In this document: piece by piece, positions 56,285-64,000 of the stretch
How positions within the stretch are numbered: position 1 is the stretch's first letter
Layout: each line of letters begins with the position of its first letter
NCBI GenBank assembly: GCA_964619725.1
Contig: CAZUFC010000016.1
Coordinates: forward strand, 1-64,000
Length of the DNA: 64,000 nucleotides
Source: an uncultured bacterium
GTDB lineage: Bacteria > CSSED10-310 > CAZUFC01
Reading direction: 5' to 3'
The notes under the pieces: model-generated
Told to the model about the DNA's origin: nothing
Seen by the model: only the letters and a program-made list of their open reading frames with translations
Database searches by the model: none
Translations under genes and position numbers: made by a program

Positions 56285-57754
56285 CTATAAGTTCGTAAAC
56301 GAAAACCCTGCGCCCAGAAGTCGTACATCTACGCTGCCGAAAGCATCCGAAGGCCTAATCGCACGGTCCGTTTCACATTTAAGCACAACCCATCGGCCCC
56401 TTAAATCATCTGGAATGAATATCTTGCAGGGAACCCAGACGTTATGCTCTTTGAGCGCCAATTCTTTTACCGTTTTTCCGTTAAGTGAAATCCTGACGTG
56501 TTGAGGATCATTCTCTGAACATTGAATTATTGTTATAACGGAAAATTCCAGGTGAGAAGAGTTCCTGTCCAGGGCGACTATTTTTGCTGCGGATTTCCCC
56601 ATCCATTGAAATTTCCTGTTGTCTTCACTCCATGTCTCAACGGCATAGAATTCACCTTCTTCAGCTTCCGGCTTCGTTTCCTTTTCCGGCTTAGAGCCCA
56701 GACAGCGGCGGCATAGGGGAGATGTCAGATAATTCTTCTGCATTCCCTCACGTATTTCCGTCGCATCCTTTCCCTGCCACAGTCTTTTTAACCGCGTTTC
56801 GTGAATATTCCCGATAACCATTTCCCCGTCATAATCCTCGCAGCATAAAGTCACATCGCCGTTGACCAGCACGATGAGCTGATTAAAAGGATTGGCGCAA
56901 CTTCCCTTCTCCGTATACGAGTAATTTTCTTCTCCGTAAAGGCTTCCGGTCCAGGCGCCTGCTTCCCTTACAGCGATATTGAGTATATGGTCCTTATTAT
57001 TCATTAATTGAAATTTATAAATATCATCCGCTTCTTTCACGGGTTGAGGGAATTGCACCGGTAATCCGGACTTTTCTTCCAGAACTTTCGTCCAATTCTT
57101 TAATATTTTCAGAACGTCCATCCAGGACTGAAGCCCCTTCATGTTCGGCATAAATCCGAAAGAAGTCATATATAGAACATCTATTTGCCTTAAGCCCGTC
57201 GGTTCGCCTGAATCCAGTCTTTCCAGATAACGCCCTATGGCTGATTCGATCCTTTCAATATATGATTTCCAATCCATTCCGGATTGAAAACGCGCCTGTT
57301 TAAACGATGCCTCATCCGGAGATTGTATGGATATAACCAGGCGCACCACCGTCAATGCAGACAACTCATTAATTTTCTCCGGGTTCAGAAATGTTCCGTT
57401 CGTATACAAATCCGGCAATACTCCCCGGCTGTTCATGTATTCGATGAACCGGATCAGCTCCGGATGAAGAAAAGGTTCGCCCATTAAATGCAAGCCGACG
57501 TGCGAATTATTAACCAATCCGTCATCCGCAAGCATGTCTATGATCTTTCGGAATGTTTTGAAATCCATGTATTCCTTTTTGCGCTTCATAATGCCGTAAG
57601 GACAAAAAGAACAGTTAAAATTACAGCAGTTTGTTATCTCAACCCAGAAATTCCGCGGCGGCTCCCAACGAGTCTCTTTGCCCTTTTTTTTCATGACGCT
57701 CAACAACTTCTGAAACAGAACCGGCGTTTTAGCTCCAATATTTTTCCGAACCAA
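56285..57754 (-). CDS. Radical SAM / SPASM(twitch) protein with a C-terminal beta domain
   Basis: EITNCCNFNCSFC, GEPFLH, 'C.NPF...NGDVTLCC.D...IGNI...CRRC'; AAAGGAG RBS before the TTG start. Confidence 0.88.
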   Translation of the reverse strand: MVRKNIGAKTPVLFQKLLSVMKKKGKETRWEPPRNFWVEITNCCNFNCSFCPYGIMKRKKEYMDFKTFRKIIDMLADDGLVNNSHVGLHLMGEPFLHPELIRFIEYMNSRGVLPDLYTNGTFLNPEKINELSALTVVRLVISIQSPDEASFKQARFQSGMDWKSYIERIESAIGRYLERLDSGEPTGLRQIDVLYMTSFGFMPNMKGLQSWMDVLKILKNWTKVLEEKSGLPVQFPQPVKEADDIYKFQLMNNKDHILNIAVREAGAWTGSLYGEENYSYTEKGSCANPFNQLIVLVNGDVTLCCEDYDGEMVIGNIHETRLKRLWQGKDATEIREGMQKNYLTSPLCRRCLGSKPEKETKPEAEEGEFYAVETWSEDNRKFQWMGKSAAKIVALDRNSSHLEFSVITIIQCSENDPQHVRISLNGKTVKELALKEHNVWVPCKIFIPDDLRGRWVVLKCETDRAIRPSDAFGSVDVRLLGAGFSFTNL

Positions 57755-58104
57755 AATCGGCTCCTTTCATCCATACCGCCAAGATCAGGAATTGCACAAG
57801 CTCCTCATTCGCTCGCCCTGCTCCCAGAGTACAGAGTAGTTAATAATTTTTACGGCAGAAAGCATTACCGCGTTCAAAATCATAATTCATTACAAGGCTC
57901 CAGTTCAACTCAAATCTTCAATCCTCCTACTCTCCTTTTTCATCGTTCTCTGATTTCGAATGCTCAAATCTGCAGTTGTCTCACCGGTGTGAAGCATTTG
58001 CAGGTATCGTTTTACAGGCTGAGGGGACGGATAAAAAACGGACTGCCTTTACGACAATAGATATGCCTTTCAAACGTGATCTGCGTAGCCGCGCTTTCCG
58101 CTTT

Positions 58105-59211
58105 CTATAGTTTCCATTGCATGGGCAGACTCAATAATGACGTCGAGAATTTCAAGAACCAACGGGACCAATAGGTGGGATCACCTTTTATTATTAACTG
58201 CAAATCCCGTTCTTCGAGGAATTGCGTTAAACGCAGCATTAAATTTTCTTTGGAATAAATGACTTTCTTTCGATATACGGAAGCCAGAAATTGAGGAGAC
58301 ATATTGTTTCGGTCTATCTGAACGACTGATTCAGCGGCTTTTTTTCCGCTCCAGAATGCGTAATACAGACCGCCTCCCGTTACTGGATTCACGAAGCCGG
58401 CCGCATCTCCCGCACAAATAACGGGTCCTGACCCGAAGGAATCAGCGGTTTTAAGAGGTATTCTTCCGCCGGATTTCCTGATGATTCTGCAGTTTTTCAG
58501 GAAGTCTCGACTTTCAATAAATTCCCGCAGAAGAAGATGGAGGCTGTTGCGCCGTTCGAATCCGAAACCCCCTATTCCCACGTTATAACGGTCTTTGTTT
58601 GGAAAAATCCAGAAATAACCATGAGGATTGAGTTTATGATCATAGATGAAGGCCAGGGGCGCATCGGCCGGGGGCATGCCTTCGATTTCCCAGGCTAATC
58701 CTTGTGCGTGGTGCATGTCTGTATTGAATCCTATTTCCAGAGCTTCATAAGCGATATCGGTGGGTCCTGCTGCCGTAATCAGCATATCATAAGAGAAGTA
58801 GATTTTTTCTCCTGATTGTCGATTTTCAACTTTAATTCTTTTCAGAAAGGGATCGATTTCGACGGCTTTATGATGGTATAGAATTTTTGCCCCTGCTTTT
58901 CCCGCTTTATCCGCCAGAAAGTTATCCAACTTTTCGCGTCTTACCGCGGCGAAAAGCGGTTTTTTCAGTCTCGTTTTTTTTACCGTTCCCTCGTATTCTA
59001 TTGAGACGCCGCTTATACTTCTCTCAACAAGTTCTTCCGGAATGGCTAATTCGCGTAATAAAAATACGCCCAGCGCCCCGCCGCAAGCAGCGTGTTCGCC
59101 CGCATAATTTTCGCGACACAAAACCAGGGGTTTAATGCCCGCCCTGGCAGACTCGTAAGCTGCGACGCTCCCGGAAGGTCCAGCTCCTATTATGACGACT
59201 TTCCTCATCAT
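58105..59211 (-). CDS. Geranylgeranyl-reductase-family FAD oxidoreductase
   Basis: GAGPSGS, CGGA, 'GYFWIFP', GDAAGFVNPVTGGG motifs. Confidence 0.85.
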   Translation of the reverse strand: MMRKVVIIGAGPSGSVAAYESARAGIKPLVLCRENYAGEHAACGGALGVFLLRELAIPEELVERSISGVSIEYEGTVKKTRLKKPLFAAVRREKLDNFLADKAGKAGAKILYHHKAVEIDPFLKRIKVENRQSGEKIYFSYDMLITAAGPTDIAYEALEIGFNTDMHHAQGLAWEIEGMPPADAPLAFIYDHKLNPHGYFWIFPNKDRYNVGIGGFGFERRNSLHLLLREFIESRDFLKNCRIIRKSGGRIPLKTADSFGSGPVICAGDAAGFVNPVTGGGLYYAFWSGKKAAESVVQIDRNNMSPQFLASVYRKKVIYSKENLMLRLTQFLEERDLQLIIKGDPTYWSRWFLKFSTSLLSLPMQWKL

Positions 59212-60143
59212 AAACGTCTCACAGCCATTTCCGCTGCTGCGGCCAAACCCGCCAGGGAATACAATAAACGATAACTGCTTCTATATTTCATGACCGCGTT
59301 CCTGCTTTCCGCCGATTTTCTCACTCTTAAATAGAAAGGTAACAGAATAACCGGCACAAAAAAGAATACCGCAACGAAAAAAAACGACAATTTCTGATCG
59401 AACGGCGAAGGTAACGTTTCTTCAAAAATATATAAAAAGGCCAGATACAGAGAAGAAAGCATAAATAAAGCATAAGCCGCATCGATTAACTTTTTCGGTC
59501 CGTACCTGAAAGCTTTATTATGAACCTCCAATTTGCTGTCTTCTTCCCTGTCCTTTACTTCATGAACCAGATGCCCGCCCGTAAAGATCATCGCAAAAAA
59601 AACCGATAACATCACGGTTTCGCTTGCGATCTCCACAACGAATGCGGCTCCTAATAAAAATTGCAATATTCCGCTGACGATATGAGTAAAAACGGAGCCT
59701 ATCGCTGTCGCTTTCAACAAAGTAGCCGGATGAGAATATACGGCCCAGACGGTGAACAGGATAATCGAAAAAACAAAAGCAGCCGAGGAAAAATAAAGAA
59801 ATATGAGGATTGCCGCCAGAAAGAGCAGGAAGGAAATGTTCCGGAATTTCTTTAATTCTACCGAAGGTTCTCTGATGAACGCATCGGAAAAGCGCTCTCC
59901 CCTCGTCAGTTCCTGCCGATGCCCTGAATATTTATTAAAAAGATAGATGGATTCCGACAAAAGCATCACTCCGCAAAAGAAAATGAAGAAGCGTCCTAAT
60001 TTCTCCGGTCGCCATTCTTTCCAGGCGTAAAGGAAGCCGAACAAGGGAAAACCGCACATCAGCAGAGCTTCATAAAGGCGCAATCTGTGCCACCACAGAA
60101 TCAGCCCCCGGTTCCTGGTTTTCGTTTCATCTATCTGATCCAT
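59208..60143 (-). CDS. UbiA-superfamily prenyltransferase-like membrane protein
   Basis: About 9 TM helices; 'YS.P...LKA'; second acidic motif 'HEVKDREED'; first motif degenerate (YLFNKYSG). Confidence 0.65.
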   Translation of the reverse strand: MDQIDETKTRNRGLILWWHRLRLYEALLMCGFPLFGFLYAWKEWRPEKLGRFFIFFCGVMLLSESIYLFNKYSGHRQELTRGERFSDAFIREPSVELKKFRNISFLLFLAAILIFLYFSSAAFVFSIILFTVWAVYSHPATLLKATAIGSVFTHIVSGILQFLLGAAFVVEIASETVMLSVFFAMIFTGGHLVHEVKDREEDSKLEVHNKAFRYGPKKLIDAAYALFMLSSLYLAFLYIFEETLPSPFDQKLSFFFVAVFFFVPVILLPFYLRVRKSAESRNAVMKYRSSYRLLYSLAGLAAAAEMAVRRL

Positions 60144-62109
60144 CGCCAGTTTCCACCTTTCGAGCGCCTGGTTGAAATTCCCCTATGGACCTTTCAGCGG
60201 CCGAAGGGGCTTCCTGAATTACATCTTTTATCCCGTTAAGCTCCTCTTTCTTTTTGTTTTTCCTTACGCCGCCCAATTCAACCATTTTCGGTTTCGTATC
60301 TTCCATCACTTCCCAGGATAACCCGCCTTCGCTGTATGGTTTTAATTCCAGATTTCCTCGATAGGACCTGATGCGATAAGCCGGTCGATCGTCGTAATAC
60401 TCCATTAATTCCAGGTTTTTTTCATGTCCTAAATCTCTGGCATATATGACGTCGTCAGAAAAATCAGGAGCATTGTTTTTTAGCGTAGCGACCCAGCTTT
60501 CCTGGAACCCTGTTCCAATATAATATTTGACGAAAATTAAACCTTTCTTTACTCCTTCTTCCGATACTTTCCTGTAGACCGTATTGATCTTTCTGACGAG
60601 ATTTTTTAAAGCATCCGCTTGAGCGTAATCATAAAAAAGCGACCCGGTAAAAACAGCCAGAGTCAAAGCGATTGCGGTGGCGTAAGCCGACAGGCGCGCT
60701 TTTTTCGAGATTATATCTGCCAGACTGCGGATTCCCCTGGCGGAGAGAATAATCAGACAGGGCAGCGTTTCGACATAAAGTATGGGTCCCGTATCATTCG
60801 TACCAGCCCAGAAATAAAAGAAATACAGGGCAAAGGAAAAAATAACGGGGGCAATCAGGAAAATATTGAATTTTCTTTTTTTCGAAAATAGAATGTAGGA
60901 AATAAGGGCAACGAGAGTGAAGGGACCGCCGAACAACCAGAAATTCAATCTCAGAAAATTAATGACCGCGTTGTTGAAACCAAGCTGCGGCGTATGCTCT
61001 ATACCCCAGGGATATTTTCCGAAACCTATAGCCTCCGTCAGTTCTACTTCCTCCATCCAGAACTTGTAATACCCCGAATAAAGCGGATGTCCATTCATGA
61101 TCCAGTTAAGCGAAGCAATTAAGACGAGTGAAACGGCGCCTCCTGCAAACAGCATCAACAACTTTTTTTTCTGCGGTTTCCTTATTTCATTCAAAAAGCC
61201 TGCGGCGAGGATGGGTAAAGAGTGAGTAACGCTCACCGTTGGTCTGATGTTGTACATCCAGACGCCTATAAAGCCGGCTGCGAAGAGTTTCACCATTCTG
61301 CGCTTATCGGGATTCTGTTCAAGCGAGAGGAACAGAAGAAACAGAATTGTAATGAAAAAAATGGCTGAAACGCCTGAACCCAGAGCAGCGAAGGTGAACA
61401 GAAAAAAAGGAGAGCAAAGATACAGCACTGCCGTAATATTCCCGGTGGTTTTGCCGTAATACTCTGCGGCGAATTTTCGGCTGAACAGGACGACAAGTAA
61501 GCCCATTACGGCCGGCATGAGATAAGGGAAGCCCACCCAAACACCGGGAACCAGCATTAGGGGATGGCCAACCGGATACTGACCGTACATTCTGTCTTCA
61601 TTGATGAGGAAGACGTTATCGAAGAATTCCTTCAACGGGTGCGCCGGAGCCGTAAGATGACCGTCAGCCAGAATCCTGGCCTGAAATAGATATACATCCT
61701 CATCATCAGTCAAGCCCGTCTCCTTCAAAACAAAAACAGCGATAATCAGTATGACCGGGAAGACAATCCAGGGCGATGCTTTTCCTGCGACTGCAAGCAA
61801 CCTCTTCCCTATTTTATCTGTTTTTTCCAGTTGCGCTGCATAAAGAAAACACACCAGGCCGGTCGCCAGAAAAATCAGTCCGGGAAAAACATAAACGGTC
61901 AAGATACGCCAGAGCTGCTGCTCTTTAACAGTCACTTTCGATACCCAGTTTATGCCGTCATTATCAGCGCCGTATTTTCTCAGGTTCCCGAAACCGTGTA
62001 TATCTTCGACGAATATCATGAATCGGTACGCGCTGAATGAAAAAGCGATCAAACACAGCAAACCGGCAATAATAAACACTGAGCGTGATTTGTTGCCTTT
62101 AAACGTCAT
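60127..62109 (-). CDS. GT-C-type (family 39-like) membrane glycosyltransferase
   Basis: 'DDEDVYLFQA', 'QYPVGHP', 'SPF', 'IRP' motifs; many TM helices. Confidence 0.7.
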   Translation of the reverse strand: MTFKGNKSRSVFIIAGLLCLIAFSFSAYRFMIFVEDIHGFGNLRKYGADNDGINWVSKVTVKEQQLWRILTVYVFPGLIFLATGLVCFLYAAQLEKTDKIGKRLLAVAGKASPWIVFPVILIIAVFVLKETGLTDDEDVYLFQARILADGHLTAPAHPLKEFFDNVFLINEDRMYGQYPVGHPLMLVPGVWVGFPYLMPAVMGLLVVLFSRKFAAEYYGKTTGNITAVLYLCSPFFLFTFAALGSGVSAIFFITILFLLFLSLEQNPDKRRMVKLFAAGFIGVWMYNIRPTVSVTHSLPILAAGFLNEIRKPQKKKLLMLFAGGAVSLVLIASLNWIMNGHPLYSGYYKFWMEEVELTEAIGFGKYPWGIEHTPQLGFNNAVINFLRLNFWLFGGPFTLVALISYILFSKKRKFNIFLIAPVIFSFALYFFYFWAGTNDTGPILYVETLPCLIILSARGIRSLADIISKKARLSAYATAIALTLAVFTGSLFYDYAQADALKNLVRKINTVYRKVSEEGVKKGLIFVKYYIGTGFQESWVATLKNNAPDFSDDVIYARDLGHEKNLELMEYYDDRPAYRIRSYRGNLELKPYSEGGLSWEVMEDTKPKMVELGGVRKNKKKEELNGIKDVIQEAPSAAERSIGEFQPGARKVETGDGSDR

Positions 62110-63791
62110 TCCGATAATCCAGAACCTTCAGGACCCATATCTTTCTTCTTTTTTCTCTTCAGCGCCCTGACAAAGAACATGCGGTTTGCAATATCGTCCA
62201 TTTCTTTAATCTTAAGAAGCCTGGCGAAAACATAGTATACCGCTGCGCCTGCTGCAGGCCCAGTGATCCCGACTATGACGTTGGTCATATCCGCCGGTCC
62301 GGCATCCCAGCGCCCCATTCCTGTTAGCCATTTTAATACAATATATACTGGAATTGAAGCCAGGACGATCCTCAACATCGGCGGGACGAGCTCCTTAAAG
62401 GATAAATGTTCCTTTAACCTACGGCCCAATATTATGAAATAAAGCGACGCCTGTATGACGGTAGATATCGACAGAGCCATCGCCAAACCCTTGATGCCTG
62501 AAATACGAACAAATTGAAGCCCGAGTCCGGCAGTCAGCAATATTCCCAGGAATCCAATTTTCAGGAGAGTATTCCGATCGTCCATGGCGAAGTAGGCTTT
62601 TTTGATGATGTTAAGCGCGGCGATAGCCAGGAAAAAGGGAATGAGGTAACATAATACAGCTGCGGTGGTCGTCATATCCTGAGCGGAAAAATTACCGTGT
62701 CTGAACAGGAGACTTACCACAGGCAGACCGAAAGCCGCGAGACCGAAAGCTGCCGGTATCAGGAGAAAAAATGCGAAACGAAACGTGTAGAACAGATCAT
62801 TGCGGAAAGAAAGCCAGTCCTTCATTGCCAGATCCTTGGAAATGGCGGGCAACAGGCCGCTGCCGATCCCTACGGCCACTATGCCCTGAAAAAGATCGAC
62901 CAGCCGGTTGGCATTCCAGTAATAGGTAACCGATCCGGGTTCCAGGATTGAGGCGAGCAACCGGAGTATGACGATATTGATCTGTGCGAAAATGCCTATC
63001 AAAACTACCTTTCCCATTTCTTTTAAAAATAATCGAAACCGTGATGATCGAAAATGAGCGGCAGGTTTGGGAATTCCCCATTTTATTATAATCATAGGTA
63101 TTTGGACCACAAAATGGAGAGCTCCTCCCACCAGAAGACCTGCAGCCAGGGCATACACCGGAGAAGAAAAAAATCCGGTCAGGTAAAGAGCGAAGACGGT
63201 TAAAGTAATGGACACTATTCCCGGGGCCAGCTTGGGAATTAAAAAATGTTTTCTGTGATTAAGCAATCCTTCGCAATAAGAGGTCAGACTCACGAAAATC
63301 ACGAAAGGAAAAAGCCAGCGGGTCAATCTAACAGTCAATTCGAATTGTTCCGGTCTTTTGCTGAACCCGTATGCGAATATTTTCACCAGCGCCGGAGCGG
63401 CGAGTATTCCGCCTACGGTTATGATGAAAACCGCCGCAATTAACGCGGTAAAAGCCGTATCCATTAATTTTTTCGCATCATCGTACCCTCTCTCCTGTTC
63501 TTCCTGTGAAACCATCGGAATGATGGCTCCCGTCAAACCTTCATCTGCCGTAAAACGACGAAATACACTCGGAACCGTATAAGCCACCCAGAATGCATCC
63601 GTGACGATTCCGGCACCAAAAACATGAGCGATAGCAATATCACGCACTGCACCGAAAATCCTGGAGAATCCCGTCCCGAACACAGCAGCAAAAAATGCTT
63701 TAAGAAGGCCCTCTTTATTGGTTTTACCCGTATTCCCAGCTTGATTTTCTGTCGTCACAAGATAGTATCCTTGCTTCATCGTCAAAGGCAT
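62106..63791 (-). CDS. murJ: Lipid II flippase MurJ (MviN)
   Basis: 'SRIFGAVRD', 'DAFWVAYTVPSVFRR..ADEG', 'ANRL', 'LFRHGNFS' motifs; about 14 TM helices. Confidence 0.9.
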   Translation of the reverse strand: MPLTMKQGYYLVTTENQAGNTGKTNKEGLLKAFFAAVFGTGFSRIFGAVRDIAIAHVFGAGIVTDAFWVAYTVPSVFRRFTADEGLTGAIIPMVSQEEQERGYDDAKKLMDTAFTALIAAVFIITVGGILAAPALVKIFAYGFSKRPEQFELTVRLTRWLFPFVIFVSLTSYCEGLLNHRKHFLIPKLAPGIVSITLTVFALYLTGFFSSPVYALAAGLLVGGALHFVVQIPMIIIKWGIPKPAAHFRSSRFRLFLKEMGKVVLIGIFAQINIVILRLLASILEPGSVTYYWNANRLVDLFQGIVAVGIGSGLLPAISKDLAMKDWLSFRNDLFYTFRFAFFLLIPAAFGLAAFGLPVVSLLFRHGNFSAQDMTTTAAVLCYLIPFFLAIAALNIIKKAYFAMDDRNTLLKIGFLGILLTAGLGLQFVRISGIKGLAMALSISTVIQASLYFIILGRRLKEHLSFKELVPPMLRIVLASIPVYIVLKWLTGMGRWDAGPADMTNVIVGITGPAAGAAVYYVFARLLKIKEMDDIANRMFFVRALKRKKKKDMGPEGSGLSE

Positions 63792-64000
63792 CTTCGGGCG
63801 TCTGCCCTCGGTGCCTGGAGGTTACCAAACGTTATGAAAAGGGTCAATCCGCTCATGATGGGTCATCATTAAAATAGATAAAAAATTTACAAATAAAAAA
63901 TTCGGAAAACACTGGGATCATTGATCTTACAAGGTGAAACCCTGCGACAAGAAACTTTTTTCTTTATATGGAGCGCCTGGCCGGGCAGCGTCTTATTCGA

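Noticed and set aside
63970-64000. GC-rich stretch GGAGCGCCTGGCCGGGCAGCGTC at the window end, possibly the edge of a structured RNA
   Set aside because: Only about 30 nt are visible and no tRNA, tmRNA, SRP or RNase P signature can be confirmed; it needs the next window and an Rfam scan.

Overview
A 64-kb, gene-dense bacterial chromosome segment using the standard genetic code. Signal peptides, lipoboxes and DegQ, foldase and Bat genes point to a diderm envelope. Most of the window is envelope and housekeeping function: a GldA/F/G-like ABC operon with a DUF4340 gene, degQ, UDP-glucuronate decarboxylase, tmk-ricT, an ATP-cone/uridine-kinase-family gene, tldD/tldE, ftsH, a B12 radical SAM, a long MoxR-DUF58-BatA-E operon, and a murJ-glycosyltransferase-UbiA-reductase operon. 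Four things stand out. (1) An isolated three-gene non-flagellar type III secretion locus (26176-30817) encodes a Cys-free, Gly-rich protein with a needle/tip-filament-like C-terminus behind a sigma28-like promoter, a SycD/LcrH-type chaperone, and SctV. (2) A hidden exported selenoprotein (39046-40014, UGA in a UGYC redox motif followed by a SECIS-like hairpin) lies in tandem with its CGPC paralog. (3) degQ and a PpiC foldase gene share a sigma54 site plus a paired palindromic enhancer with identical 41-bp spacing. (4) A composite MITE family with 6-bp target duplications occurs three times, and a REP/hexamer-repeat-rich stretch lies at 18.9-19.7 kb. No rRNA, tRNA, CRISPR array or transposase was recognised. 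All family calls come from motif recognition by eye; no database searches were run.
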